Shown piece after piece: positions 9,178-20,074 of a stretch of 64,000 bases of DNA. The translations under genes and the position numbers were made by a program. The DNA lies in IMG/VR virus record IMGVR_UViG_3300025655_000017, one strand, 5' to 3'. Numbering within the stretch: position 1 is the first letter of the stretch; each line of letters begins with the position of its first letter. This stretch comes from a virus. Under the pieces are notes generated by a model that did not search any database, was not told the DNA's origin, and worked only from the letters and a program-made list of their open reading frames with translations.

Positions 9178-11295
9178 ATGAACAAACTTAATTTAAATGA
9201 TGGTTCTTTCTTATACCAAATGACTAGTGAGTTAAATACTCAGGTTGTTAAAGAAGAAAAACAAAAACATTATTGCATTGCAATAGATGTTAGTGGGTCG
9301 ATGCATTATTCGCTTGAATCTATTCGAGAACATTTAGGAAATCAGATTGCAACGTCATTGGCTGAAAATGATTTGTTGTCTATTATCTATTATTCTTCTA
9401 ATGGTGATTTTGGACTTATCTTAGACCGTTTTATCTATAAGGGGATAGATTCTCTTATGTCGGCTAAAAATGCCGTCAAAATGCTTAAATCACGTAATTT
9501 AACTGGCTTTTGTGATCCTTTGAAATTGGCAAAGAAAACTTTTACTCAATCTGAAACCAATATTTTTATTTTCATGAGTGACGGGTATGAAAATCAGAAT
9601 TCAATTACCTCAGTATTGAATGCAACATCTGATTTAGCATCTGTTGTTGATTATGGTATTGTTATTGAGTATGGAGATTACGCTAACCACGATTTGTTGC
9701 TAAAGATGGGTGATATTTTAGGAACAACAATATATGCAAAAAATGTTCAGACCTATAATATTCAACTAGACACCATTGTTAAAGGAACATATTCTTCTAA
9801 TACTATTAAAATTCCTAGTACAGATATTGAGCAAATTTTCTTTGTACAGGATGGATTAACAGTTGTTCCTAAGTTGGTAGATAACGAGTATATTATTCCT
9901 ATTGACTTGGTGTATTATGTTGTTTCATTTAATTCTAATTATGTACCAGCAAAAGAGATAAGTCAACTAAATCAAGGGTTACTGGGATTATGTTACATCA
10001 ATGAATCTAAGCCTAGTAAAGTATGGGAATATTTGGGACAATTGGGTAGTATATCATTAATTGACCAATATTCTGGGGCCATTGGCAATCAAAAATTAAA
10101 TGAGTTTCAACAAAAACTTCTTTCTTATATTGTAGCTGAAACAGAACTATTTGAAGGCGGGTTTGACTTAAATTATTTACCACCATCTAATGAATTCAAT
10201 CTTATTGATTTGTTACAATTATTGAGTGAAGATGAAGAAACAAAAGTTTACACAAGAGATGATCGTTTTAACTATAGTAAGATTGGTTCATCTAAGGTTC
10301 AAACATCAACATTAGATGAAGAGAATCCTTATAAGTTGGATTATGAATATGTTGACCTCATTGAAAAAGGTAATCCCTTGGAATTAGTATATAACTCATC
10401 TCGTGCAAACATTTCATTTCAAGTTAATCATAAAGTTAGTGTTGATCTAACACCTGTTATTAATGCTAAAAAATTAGTAGGGTTGCCTGAAAAAGTGGAA
10501 ACAATTATTTTTAGAAATTATACTATTGTAGCTGATTTAATTTTAAATCTAAAACAAATGGTTGTAACTACATCTGAAGAAACACTAAAAATCATTCCTA
10601 CTGATTTGTATGAAATTGTTAATGGTAGAGTAGTTTTGTTTTTAGATAAGTTATCGCTTACCAATCGTGATATGATTGCTAGTGTTGACATGGAAGCATT
10701 TGCAGAACAAGTCTTGGATGATAAAATGTTAGCTTATCGCCAACGTGTTTTTAATTCACTATCAAAAGAAAATGAAGTAAAATCATATTCTAATCCTTTT
10801 GTTGAAAAATATGGTGAAGAAGTGGCAAATCAATTATCAGAACTTGGAATTGGTAATAATGGTTTTTCTCCTAAAGTAGTTAGTGTGAGCGGTCAAGATA
10901 TGTACTATGCTCCTGAAATTACTACTAAGGTAGCTGGGATACAATCAGTCCCAAGTTTGGATAATGTGATTAAAAAAGTAAATGAAAAAGGAGAAGCAAA
11001 ATTAACTCCGGGTGAAACAATTCTTTATGGAATTTATAAAGAATACCTAACATTTATCTCTATGCCACATTATGTTAATTCTGCTGATCAAAAAGCATTA
11101 TTAATCAGTTATTTGGAAACAGAACAAAAGTCTATCCGAAAAGTAAAGCGTAATATCCTTTATAATTTATCAAAATCAATTTTCGTAGCTTTGCTGAGTA
11201 AACAAAAAATTGACAATGATCAGTATGAAGTAACAAAGGAAAATAATAAATTTTCTATCACAATTGACCAAAAGGTTAAAGAAGTGCTTATTTAA
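9178..11295 (+). CDS. von Willebrand factor A domain protein
   Basis: MIDAS DVSGSM, conserved T, and FMSDG. Confidence 0.85.
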   Translation: MNKLNLNDGSFLYQMTSELNTQVVKEEKQKHYCIAIDVSGSMHYSLESIREHLGNQIATSLAENDLLSIIYYSSNGDFGLILDRFIYKGIDSLMSAKNAVKMLKSRNLTGFCDPLKLAKKTFTQSETNIFIFMSDGYENQNSITSVLNATSDLASVVDYGIVIEYGDYANHDLLLKMGDILGTTIYAKNVQTYNIQLDTIVKGTYSSNTIKIPSTDIEQIFFVQDGLTVVPKLVDNEYIIPIDLVYYVVSFNSNYVPAKEISQLNQGLLGLCYINESKPSKVWEYLGQLGSISLIDQYSGAIGNQKLNEFQQKLLSYIVAETELFEGGFDLNYLPPSNEFNLIDLLQLLSEDEETKVYTRDDRFNYSKIGSSKVQTSTLDEENPYKLDYEYVDLIEKGNPLELVYNSSRANISFQVNHKVSVDLTPVINAKKLVGLPEKVETIIFRNYTIVADLILNLKQMVVTTSEETLKIIPTDLYEIVNGRVVLFLDKLSLTNRDMIASVDMEAFAEQVLDDKMLAYRQRVFNSLSKENEVKSYSNPFVEKYGEEVANQLSELGIGNNGFSPKVVSVSGQDMYYAPEITTKVAGIQSVPSLDNVIKKVNEKGEAKLTPGETILYGIYKEYLTFISMPHYVNSADQKALLISYLETEQKSIRKVKRNILYNLSKSIFVALLSKQKIDNDQYEVTKENNKFSITIDQKVKEVLI

Positions 11296-11303
11296 TATTA
11301 CGT

Positions 11304-11343
11304 TGGGGGGAAAGAAGCTATTATTGTTCTTTCCCCCATATTT
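11304..11343. terminator. Intrinsic terminator between convergent genes
   Basis: GGGGGAAAGAA (11306-11316) / TTCTTTCCCCC (11327-11337) inverted repeat. Confidence 0.75.
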
Positions 11344-11834
11344 TAATAGAGTAATATACAACGCTGTGGTTGTATAGTAAAACTAAGTTCTATTACACCT
11401 TCTCCTTCCATCTCATAGTCACCAAAACTGATTTCATCTACAAGAATACAATTCTCATATCTCCATACTGATATAGCAGTACCTGCGGGATCGAGAATTT
11501 CAAAATCAATATCTTTAGCATATCCAACTGCATAACCTGATCGACCTGTTACAGCTTCATGGTGTAATCTTTGCCATTCTATTAGTGCCTGAGTAGTAGA
11601 TGGTGCAATAAAGTCACGAGTAACCACTGACAGTGAACCCCAAACACTTTTACCAATAACATAAGTCTCAGTATTTAAGTACCCCATTACCACTTTATTA
11701 TTTGTAACTTTAGGGGCTTGAAAACTTTTTATCATAAAAGGCAATATTCCTATATCATTAGGAAATCTAGCTACAAATCTATGCTTTTGTTTTGGTTCAG
11801 CTTGTATAGGGGCTTGAAATAGTAAATCAGCCAT
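11343..11834 (-). CDS. Tail tube protein (T4 gp19-like)
   Basis: EPKQKHRF, GKSVW, EWQRL..E..TGRSGYAVGYAKD..LDPAG..W pattern typical of myovirus tube proteins. Confidence 0.8.
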   Translation of the reverse strand: MADLLFQAPIQAEPKQKHRFVARFPNDIGILPFMIKSFQAPKVTNNKVVMGYLNTETYVIGKSVWGSLSVVTRDFIAPSTTQALIEWQRLHHEAVTGRSGYAVGYAKDIDFEILDPAGTAISVWRYENCILVDEISFGDYEMEGEGVIELSFTIQPQRCILLY

Positions 11835-11866
11835 ATATTATTTTTTATATAAATAGTTATTATTAA

Positions 11867-12715
11867 TTATTTTGTATATTGGAATTTCATATATTTTTTA
11901 AAAATTTCTTCAAAGGCATCACTATCTAAAATTTTATAAACATGTATTCCAAACTTCTTTAGTTTAGTATCTGTAAATTTTAATTGATATAAGGCTCTTC
12001 CCATGTGGGGTATCATTATTTCTGCACTAACATCAATGGCCTCATTTAAAGAAACTCCGTTCTTTAATACTTTAGTAAGAATAGTAATATCTGCATCTTC
12101 TATTTGAGATTTAAGCTCTCTTTTTAATTTAGTTGTTATTAATGGAAAATAATCTAATATGCCATCCATTAATTCATATCTTGCTCGTTGTTCTTTGTTA
12201 CCTTTAGCTCGTAACCAATTAATTCCTTTTTTTACCTGTTTTATTTGATCTTTAGTTTTATTACCATAGCTTTTTTCATTTATTGTTGCTAAATCTAAAA
12301 TTTCAGGGATTTCATTAACCATGAAAAATTGCATATTATTAATAATGTCTGCCTTAACTTTAGGTTGAGACAAATATTTTTCAATGGCTCCTTGGTAAGC
12401 AATATCTATTTTTTTCTCCCCACTAATATTTTTAAAAAAAGAAGGTTGAGAAGCATATATGTAATAATCTATAAATAATCTTGCGAAAAGTTTATAAAAA
12501 TCTTGTGTTTTACCATTCTCATAATCATTTAATACTTGTAATAAGCTTATTCTACTTGCTAAGGTAGGCATTTTTTTCTTTATATAATTTGAGAAATCAC
12601 CACCAAAGATTTCCGCAATTTTTTTTATTATGTTTTTATTTAAATTACGCTGTTCGCTTGTAGATAATCTATCCATCAATGAATCTATAATTCCAGCTTC
12701 TACTAATATTTGCAT
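11867..12715 (-). CDS. Hypothetical protein, candidate head-internal protein
   Basis: 282-aa ORF starting MQILVEA. Confidence 0.65.
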   Translation of the reverse strand: MQILVEAGIIDSLMDRLSTSEQRNLNKNIIKKIAEIFGGDFSNYIKKKMPTLASRISLLQVLNDYENGKTQDFYKLFARLFIDYYIYASQPSFFKNISGEKKIDIAYQGAIEKYLSQPKVKADIINNMQFFMVNEIPEILDLATINEKSYGNKTKDQIKQVKKGINWLRAKGNKEQRARYELMDGILDYFPLITTKLKRELKSQIEDADITILTKVLKNGVSLNEAIDVSAEIMIPHMGRALYQLKFTDTKLKKFGIHVYKILDSDAFEEIFKKYMKFQYTK

Positions 12716-12716
12716 T

Positions 12717-13058
12717 TTATTGTATAACGTTTATGATAATTTCTTCTTTTAAAGGTAAAATATATTGACCTTCTTCATTTATGATAATAATTTTCATTCG
12801 ATATTTCCCTATTTTTTTTGTTAGTATTAATGGAATTTTGTAACTAAGAAAAAACTTATCTGGGCAATCATTACAATTAGGTACTTCTATTAATTTGACC
12901 TTTCCACATTTAACCAATGTTTTACAATTATCATATGTTTTAATTATAGATGATATTTCAGATGCTTTTAAAATATTTAAATAATCATTTTCGGTATATC
13001 TATTGAATACCAATTGCATATGAGGTAAATCACTATTTTGTCGTATGTAGAAATCCAC
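12717..13058 (-). CDS. Hypothetical structural protein (BppU-N-like beta fold possible)
   Basis: MDFYIRQNSDLP..G.Y..LP pattern; late motif upstream. Confidence 0.55.
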   Translation of the reverse strand: MDFYIRQNSDLPHMQLVFNRYTENDYLNILKASEISSIIKTYDNCKTLVKCGKVKLIEVPNCNDCPDKFFLSYKIPLILTKKIGKYRMKIIIINEEGQYILPLKEEIIINVIQ

Positions 13059-13108
13059 TTTTTATATAAATAGTTTTATATATTTTTATAACAACAATTT
13101 TTCATTAT

Positions 13109-13117
13109 CTATTTATA
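13109..13117 (+). promoter_or_regulatory. Putative phage late-promoter motif CTATTTATA
   Basis: Same motif on the coding strand just upstream of tail tube (11848-11856, -), 13058 gene (13065-13073, -), 17089 gene (17070-17078), capsid gene (21506-21514), 4216-4224 and 43871-43879. Confidence 0.6.
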
Positions 13118-13124
13118 TGTAAAG

Positions 13125-13817
13125 ATGTATAGGATTAATAAGAAAAAGTTGGCTGCTGCACTAAATGAAGCAGTATTACTTCAGAAAAAAAACTATAAAA
13201 ATTTAACATTTGTTGATGAGATTTTTAATTCATTTGATATACATATAGATAACATCAAGCATATTATTAGAGAGAGAAGTACAAACAATGCTAAAAGATT
13301 ATATACATACCTTTTAGAAGAATGTAATTGTAGCAGCAGATATGATGATGTTGCACCTAAGTTAAATTATCCACCTGAGGAAACTATGCTATATGATGAT
13401 GATGTCAATGAACAATATGGAGATGAGTATTATGATGATGATTATAGCTCGGTAGACGATAATATAGAAAAAACAAGGGATGTTTTTCGTATTATTTATG
13501 ACAGAGAACCAACAGATGAAGAGTTAGAAGATTTTATGGATAGTGATATATTCCACGATTATATCAGAAGTGAAGAAGAATCAAGGGGAGATGCCCAGCA
13601 TGATTTTAATCGAGATATGGCCTTAGGAGAATCAAGTGATGAAGAAGATCAAACACCAAGTTTTTGGGCAGCATATAATGAATCTGTTAAAAAAATGAAA
13701 ATAGCTAGAAAAAAACTTAGTGAATCTGACGTATTAAAAATTAAGTCAGAAGGTTATGACGTTAAAGCTTTCGTGAATGAAGATGATATGATGGAATATG
13801 TTAAATCCCTAAAATAG
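13125..13817 (+). CDS. Acidic hypothetical protein, candidate scaffold/head-internal protein
   Basis: D/E-rich, repeated L-x-E sites, late motif upstream. Confidence 0.65.
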   Translation: MYRINKKKLAAALNEAVLLQKKNYKNLTFVDEIFNSFDIHIDNIKHIIRERSTNNAKRLYTYLLEECNCSSRYDDVAPKLNYPPEETMLYDDDVNEQYGDEYYDDDYSSVDDNIEKTRDVFRIIYDREPTDEELEDFMDSDIFHDYIRSEEESRGDAQHDFNRDMALGESSDEEDQTPSFWAAYNESVKKMKIARKKLSESDVLKIKSEGYDVKAFVNEDDMMEYVKSLK

Positions 13818-15797
13818 GGATTTAACATATAATTTTTTGTTTTCTTTTAAAAGGTTCTTAAAATTTCTAGCCGTCATTTTTTCATTAAATGCTTTTTGAA
13901 TAATAGCACTAGTAATTTTAAGACTATATATCTTAGCAAATTTTTTATAATCATTTAATAATAGCCCATCAAAGTTAATTATATTTGTTATTGCATCAGA
14001 AAAACTTTTAGTAAAATATTTTTCAAGATTTATTACATTTTCGTTTTGTACATATGAAATAAGATTATTCTTATTAAGACTACTAATGAAAAATATAAAA
14101 GCGTTTTCAAATGAAAACTCATCTCCTTTACCATCTAATAATACACCATTTTCAAGAATACTAGAAAATAGATCAATAAAACTTGGGTGTGCCAATTCTA
14201 TGTTTTCAACTATGATAACAGTATTAGGATTATTATGTATATAATTAGTTAATAACCCACCCTCTGAATACCCAACATACCCTGCGCTTGCACCAATTAA
14301 TTTGTTTATACTAATCTTATCTGTGTATTCACTTGCATTAATTATCAATTTCTTTTTGTTACATAATTCATTGGCAATTAACGTGGCTAAATATTTTTTA
14401 CCCATTCCTTTCTCGCCATTTAACAGGAATGATATAACTCCTGATTCATTTCCATTATTATATAGAGAAGAAATGATTTTTTGTACACCAAGTTCATTAC
14501 CTGCATATTTCTTCATAATATTATTATAACAGTCCTTATAAAATCTTTTACTATTTTTCACAATAGAAATATCATAATTATCTGTAAAAGTTGTTTCTAT
14601 ATCTTTCAAGGTGACAATAACATTTTCAGTGGGGGCAGTTTTAATTTTTACTTTTGAGTAGGCACAGTCTAAAATTTCTAAAGCAGCATCAGGCATATAT
14701 AGATCATTAAGGTATTTTACTCCATTGTCATATATAGATTTCAATGCTTTTTCATTACATGAAAAATTGTTTGAGGCTGCAAAATTTTGCATAATTTTTA
14801 TTGTAGTGTGTTCATCAGTTTGATTGATTTGAATCTTACTAACTCTTCTCACAAAAGCTTTGTCTTTTTTTAAATGTCTGTTAAATTCATCATTAGTAGT
14901 TGCAAGAATCACCTGTAATTTACCCCTTGCCATTGGTTCTTTTAAAACATTTAAAATAGATAAACCATCTTCTCCACCTGCTCCATTAATCAATACATGA
15001 GCTTCATCGAAAAATAAAACTATGTTTTCATTATCCTGAAAATCTTTTATTAAAAATTCAAGTTTTTTCTCCAAATCACCTCTAAATTTAGTTCCGCTTA
15101 CTAATTTATTAACATCAATGTGGAGAATTTTTTTATCTATGTAGTTTGGTAAACTTTCCACTATTTTAGTTTTACCAACCCCAGCCTGACCTACTAATAG
15201 TATATTACGTTTAGTAATTTTATTTAATATTTCTATGCATAGTTTTATTTCTCTATCTCTACCATATAAAATATTATTATTAGGGTTCAATTCAGAAAGA
15301 TAATCTTTTTGGGGGCTAACTTTCTGAACAATTTCATCTTCTTCTGATAAAAAATCTTCTCCATCGTTGACAAATTCATTTTCAAAAAACACTTCTGACC
15401 CGCTAAGATTAAAATCTTGTTCATACGTTTCAATAAATGTTTTTTGCGAAACGTTAAGATAATTAATTGCTCCGTAAGCAAGCCATCTCATATCAAATAG
15501 TTGTATAAAAATATCATATACTGTTGCTTCATTAAAACATTCAAATGATGCCATGAATCTAATCAGTTCATCTGAATATTTTTGATCAGTAATTGGATAT
15601 TTTTTTACATTTGCCTCTATTTTAGAAGTTACCATAGGTATTTTACTATCCAATCCCTCTAATGTATGAATAATAGTACTATAGCCTTCTGCTAATATAG
15701 AATACAAGAAAATCTCCGTGGTAACCACATTACTTTCAAAGATTGAAAAAGCCCATCTTTCAGAATCTTCCAATAAATTTTTTCCGTTTAGTATCAT
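13809..15797 (-). CDS. ClpA/ClpB/ClpC-family AAA+ ATPase
   Basis: GQAGVGKT, GTKFRGDLE, FFDEAH, KLIGASAGYVGYSEGGLLT; second module degenerate (GEKGMGKK, IVENIE). Confidence 0.9.
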   Translation of the reverse strand: MILNGKNLLEDSERWAFSIFESNVVTTEIFLYSILAEGYSTIIHTLEGLDSKIPMVTSKIEANVKKYPITDQKYSDELIRFMASFECFNEATVYDIFIQLFDMRWLAYGAINYLNVSQKTFIETYEQDFNLSGSEVFFENEFVNDGEDFLSEEDEIVQKVSPQKDYLSELNPNNNILYGRDREIKLCIEILNKITKRNILLVGQAGVGKTKIVESLPNYIDKKILHIDVNKLVSGTKFRGDLEKKLEFLIKDFQDNENIVLFFDEAHVLINGAGGEDGLSILNVLKEPMARGKLQVILATTNDEFNRHLKKDKAFVRRVSKIQINQTDEHTTIKIMQNFAASNNFSCNEKALKSIYDNGVKYLNDLYMPDAALEILDCAYSKVKIKTAPTENVIVTLKDIETTFTDNYDISIVKNSKRFYKDCYNNIMKKYAGNELGVQKIISSLYNNGNESGVISFLLNGEKGMGKKYLATLIANELCNKKKLIINASEYTDKISINKLIGASAGYVGYSEGGLLTNYIHNNPNTVIIVENIELAHPSFIDLFSSILENGVLLDGKGDEFSFENAFIFFISSLNKNNLISYVQNENVINLEKYFTKSFSDAITNIINFDGLLLNDYKKFAKIYSLKITSAIIQKAFNEKMTARNFKNLLKENKKLYVKSLF

Positions 15798-15834
15798 AAA
15801 TATTTTATTATATTTATCACAAAGATATAAAAAA

Positions 15835-16161
15835 ATGCTAGTATATACTAATAGAGATGAAGGTATTTTAGAAGAAAGTTACTTTTCATCATCTAATGTC
15901 CTATGTATCCGTTATTTAGAAGTTGAAAAAATAATGGAAGTGTTATTTAATTCTGGAAGATTGTATACCTATCATGAAATACCCAGAGATTTCTTTATTA
16001 GAATTAGAATGGCTGATAGCCAAGGAAGTAAAATTAACGAATTATTGGTAAAAAAACAAGTTGGTAAAAAATTATATAATGAAACATTGAGTGGAATAAT
16101 TTCACCTGAAGATATTGCAAAAATAAAAAATTTTATAAATGAGAAAAGTAATAAATTATGA
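15835..16161 (+). CDS. KTSC domain protein
   Basis: SSNVLCIRY..LFNSGRLYTY..ADSQGS pattern; ATG at 15835 preferred over the upstream GTG. Confidence 0.75.
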   Translation: MLVYTNRDEGILEESYFSSSNVLCIRYLEVEKIMEVLFNSGRLYTYHEIPRDFFIRIRMADSQGSKINELLVKKQVGKKLYNETLSGIISPEDIAKIKNFINEKSNKL

Positions 16162-17068
16162 AAATAGTTATATAAAACTATTAGAAACAATAATGGAAGA
16201 TGGGTATGATCATGATGACCGTACAAGCATTGGAAGAAAATCTATACAGGGTTATCAGATGACCATTGATATGAAAAAATCATTCCCCATGTTATCTTCA
16301 AAGTATGTTAATTTTAATAATATTAAATATGAATTATTTTGGTTCTTAGGTTATCACATGAATTTACCTGAGTATAAGTCTCTTAACCTTACAAATATAA
16401 AATATTTGGTTGATAATAATGTAAATATTTGGAATGAATGGCCTCACCAAAATTATCTTAAACAGACGGGTAATTTCATATCATTAAAAACTTTTAAAGA
16501 TAATATCAAAGAGGATTTTGACTTTGCGAATAAATGGGGTAATTTAGGAAATGTATATGGAAAACAGTGGTTGAATTGGAATGGCACAAATCAAATAGAA
16601 AAAGTTATTGCCTCTATTAAAAATAATCCTTTTTCCTCAAGGCATATAGTTTCTGCTTGGAATGTTGATGAATTAGGTGATATGTTATTACCACCTTGCC
16701 ATAATATGTTTCAATTTTTAGTAAATGATCAAAATGAGTTAAGCTGTATTTTTAATATGCGTTCGACAGATGTTTTTTTAGGATTACCATATAATATCGC
16801 ATCTTATGCACTGTTATTAGAGATAATAGCAAAACATTGTGGGATGGGGGTTAACTTATTAATTTATAATGGAGGTGACGTACATATATATCACAATCAC
16901 TATGACGCTATCAAACAACAATTATCGAATTATAATAATTTAAACAATACTCTAACTCCACAGTTAATTTTGCCAAATTATGAAAATATTAATGATATTA
17001 ATATTAGTGAAATATTCATACAAAATTACACACATAGTGGAGTAATAAAAGCACCTGTTGCAGTTTAA
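16139..17068 (+). CDS. thyA: Thymidylate synthase
   Basis: DRT, ELFWFL, IWNEW, YGKQW, LPPCH, RSTDVFLGLPYN, HIY, IKAPVAV. Confidence 0.97.
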   Translation: MRKVINYENSYIKLLETIMEDGYDHDDRTSIGRKSIQGYQMTIDMKKSFPMLSSKYVNFNNIKYELFWFLGYHMNLPEYKSLNLTNIKYLVDNNVNIWNEWPHQNYLKQTGNFISLKTFKDNIKEDFDFANKWGNLGNVYGKQWLNWNGTNQIEKVIASIKNNPFSSRHIVSAWNVDELGDMLLPPCHNMFQFLVNDQNELSCIFNMRSTDVFLGLPYNIASYALLLEIIAKHCGMGVNLLIYNGGDVHIYHNHYDAIKQQLSNYNNLNNTLTPQLILPNYENINDINISEIFIQNYTHSGVIKAPVAV

Positions 17069-17088
17069 ACTATTTATAATAAAATACA

Positions 17089-18120
17089 ATGAATTTTTTT
17101 ATTCGTCAAGGTATATTAAAAGAGTCTATAGATTTTAAATCTTTTCAAATTAAAGACTCTCTTAACCCAGAAATTTTTAATGATAATAGTAAAATGAAAA
17201 AGGAAGTACGAAAAAGTCTACTTGAAATGGCAGAAAACTTTTATGATTTTTTACAATTTGATTGGTTAGCTGAAAAATATTCAGATGTATGGTTAGTTGG
17301 TTCAATGGCTTCTTATAATTGGTCTGAAAAATACTCTGATATTGATGTTCATCTAATCATGGATTTATCTTTAATTTCTAATCATATTGATCTCCTTAAA
17401 AGTGATTTGTGGGCATCAAAAACATTATATAACGATGAACATGATTTAACAGTCAAAAATTATAATGTTGAGTTGTACATGCAAGATATAAATGAAAAGA
17501 TAGAAAGCAATGGTATTTTTTCTATCTTAAAACAAACATGGATTAAAAAACCTGTGAAATTAGAACATATAAATACTAACCAAAAAAGGGTTAGTTATTA
17601 TGTGGGGATGATAGAAAAAAGAATGGAAGAAGCCATAAAACAATTTAGATTAGGAAACTATGATGAAGCTAGATCATTAAATTCTGATATTTTAGAAGAT
17701 GTTATGAATCTTCGAAAAGAAGGTTTAGCCGAGGGAGGTGAATTTTCAGATAAAAATATTGCATATAAGTCATTAAGACGTGATGGCACGATGGATAAAC
17801 TTAATAGATTAGATATTCTTGCATTTGATAAAAAAGTTTCCATAGATACAACCAATAAAGAGAAATTAGATAATGGAGAAATAACCCCCCAGAAAAAAGC
17901 CGAATTACCCAATGATGAAACTAGCGATCAAAAAAATGGTGGAGCTGAAGAGGAAGAGGATACTGATGGCTACACCGATGGTATTAATTATGTTATTAAT
18001 GGCCGTAAATTTAATTCACTGCGACAAGCAGAGGAAAAACTAGGTGTGGCAAAATCTACCATAGAATATAGAGTAAATTCAGAATCAGATAAGTGGAAGG
18101 GATATAAAAAATTAACTTAA
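17089..18120 (+). CDS. Pol-beta-superfamily nucleotidyltransferase with C-terminal NUMOD1/HTH-like module
   Basis: VGS..YNW..SDIDVH..VELY motif; C-terminal FNSLRQAEEKLGV..STIEYRV. Confidence 0.7.
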   Translation: MNFFIRQGILKESIDFKSFQIKDSLNPEIFNDNSKMKKEVRKSLLEMAENFYDFLQFDWLAEKYSDVWLVGSMASYNWSEKYSDIDVHLIMDLSLISNHIDLLKSDLWASKTLYNDEHDLTVKNYNVELYMQDINEKIESNGIFSILKQTWIKKPVKLEHINTNQKRVSYYVGMIEKRMEEAIKQFRLGNYDEARSLNSDILEDVMNLRKEGLAEGGEFSDKNIAYKSLRRDGTMDKLNRLDILAFDKKVSIDTTNKEKLDNGEITPQKKAELPNDETSDQKNGGAEEEEDTDGYTDGINYVINGRKFNSLRQAEEKLGVAKSTIEYRVNSESDKWKGYKKLT

Positions 18121-18121
18121 T

Positions 18122-18514
18122 ATGTTTAATTGTAGAGACGTAATAACCTCTGATTATACCATTAATTGTGCAAAAATATGTATTAGATCATGTGAATTAT
18201 TTGATGCATTGCATTTCTTAGAAGAAAATGTATTATATGCAACTGAAATAGTAGGTGCTACTTATACATGGAATATATATTCTCAATATAAGTTAGAATT
18301 ATCATTGGGGAGTGGGCAATATAATGATGTTATTTCAATTGACCCTGCTCTTGGAATTTATGGTGAATTAAATGTAGGTAAAAGTTTTTTACTGTTAAAA
18401 CAATTATTAACAGATAATAACATATTTATAGAAAGCGGATGTTTTACTATTGAATTAGAAATTGAAACATCTTGCTATAAAAACCAAAAAAAAATATATT
18501 TGTTTAATGGATAA
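18122..18514 (+). CDS. Hypothetical Cys-containing protein
   Basis: 130-aa ORF in a late-type run. Confidence 0.55.
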   Translation: MFNCRDVITSDYTINCAKICIRSCELFDALHFLEENVLYATEIVGATYTWNIYSQYKLELSLGSGQYNDVISIDPALGIYGELNVGKSFLLLKQLLTDNNIFIESGCFTIELEIETSCYKNQKKIYLFNG

Positions 18515-19463
18515 GAATACAAAAGCAAGAAGTGGCAATTTACTAGAAGCCATGATAAAGCTTACCAAAGAAAAGAAAGTTTTTAATTCATATTTCTCTA
18601 AAAAAATTGATGAGACGCAAATCTATGTCATAAAGGAGAAAGGTAATTATATCTTAGTAAAAGAGGCAAATAACCCAGTTGGTTATGAGCGATATAGCAA
18701 ACATAATTTCAAATCATTAAATGGCGCAATTAATAATATTAATCTTCTTATAACAGAAGCTGAAAAATATGTTATTAAAGAACCCATCCCAGCATCATCT
18801 GTTGATGATATGGGTGGAGCTGATGATTTTGATATGGACAGTGATAGTGAAGAAGTTTCACTAGATGACGATGAAATGTCAGCAGAAGAAGATCAAGGTG
18901 AAGCCATTGAAACAGATTTATCTGAATATCAAGAGCTGGCAGGAAAATTGGCTTATATCTTAAAAGATGAAGCTGATGAACTAGATGATTATGATGCTAC
19001 TGTAAAATATGTTTTTAATACTTTGTTAGCATCTTTAAAAATTGATACAGTTAGCCCTGAATTGTTAGATAGCATTAAAGAAAAGCTAACAAAAAATGAA
19101 GATACACCCGAAGAACCAACAGATGAAGTTGTAGAGCAGTATGTTCATGAAATGGCTAAGAAAAAAGGATATGTTGTTGAATCTGTATTTAAAGATAAAA
19201 CACTCTTAAAAGAATATGGAGAAGAGGATTCTCCTTGGGATGATTATTCTTTGACCGATAAGCAAGTACAATATGATAAAGATCAAACAGGTCTTCCTTA
19301 TTATATGAATAGTAAAGAAGATTTAGTAGATGATAGTCTTGATGACGACGACGACGACGATTTTGACGACGACGATAGTCATAATAAGGGCCATTGGTTT
19401 CACGGGTTTGACAATTATGCAGATTACGATGATTTATTAAGTGATAATTTTTTAAAAGTATAA
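18507..19463 (+). CDS. Acidic hypothetical protein (scaffold/core-like)
   Basis: D/E-rich low-complexity tracts and I/L-x-E sites; ATG at 18507 preferred. Confidence 0.65.
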   Translation: MDKNTKARSGNLLEAMIKLTKEKKVFNSYFSKKIDETQIYVIKEKGNYILVKEANNPVGYERYSKHNFKSLNGAINNINLLITEAEKYVIKEPIPASSVDDMGGADDFDMDSDSEEVSLDDDEMSAEEDQGEAIETDLSEYQELAGKLAYILKDEADELDDYDATVKYVFNTLLASLKIDTVSPELLDSIKEKLTKNEDTPEEPTDEVVEQYVHEMAKKKGYVVESVFKDKTLLKEYGEEDSPWDDYSLTDKQVQYDKDQTGLPYYMNSKEDLVDDSLDDDDDDDFDDDDSHNKGHWFHGFDNYADYDDLLSDNFLKV

Positions 19464-19468
19464 TAATT

Positions 19469-20074
19469 ATGAAAAACATTTTAGAAAAATACGGCAAGTT
19501 GGTTACAGAAGCCGAAGAAACACAATTAACCCCTTCTGATGTAGAAAATGAGGCATATACACTTTTAGGTAAAATAAAAACATTTTTACAAAAAGCAAAA
19601 CCTCATATCTCAGGAGATCAACAAGCTATTTTAAAGGGTGCAGCTACTGTTCTTGCCAGTTTATTAAATATTGAAGACACTAAACCTGTTGAAGAAGATG
19701 TCAAGATGGATGTCAAGACTTATACAGATATGCCTGACCAAGATATAAAAAAAATTACTGATAAAGGAAATGAAAATAGTATTACACTTACTGAATCCGA
19801 GGGCAGTGTTAAACCTACTCAATTTTATCAGCCACAAGGAAGTCAAAAATATAACGTTACGGTTAATTTTTCAAAGTTTTACGCTAATGATAAAAAACAA
19901 GTTTTTGATTTCTTTTCAAATATGGAAACAAAATGGGATTTAGGTATTAAAGTAACAGATATTGACGGTCAAGGAGACTCACAAATCAATGAAACTTATA
20001 CTAAAAATCAGGTCATGGCACTAATAAGTGCAAAGAAAAAAGGTTATATAGTTGAGGGTATTGAAGTGATATAA
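19469..20074 (+). CDS. Hypothetical protein, candidate head-internal protein
   Basis: Shares a KKKGY.VE motif with the upstream protein; LVTEA, LTES and INET sites. Confidence 0.65.
   Translation: MKNILEKYGKLVTEAEETQLTPSDVENEAYTLLGKIKTFLQKAKPHISGDQQAILKGAATVLASLLNIEDTKPVEEDVKMDVKTYTDMPDQDIKKITDKGNENSITLTESEGSVKPTQFYQPQGSQKYNVTVNFSKFYANDKKQVFDFFSNMETKWDLGIKVTDIDGQGDSQINETYTKNQVMALISAKKKGYIVEGIEVI

Noticed and set aside
19340-19378. GAC trinucleotide repeat
   Set aside because: It encodes the poly-Asp tract of an acidic protein.
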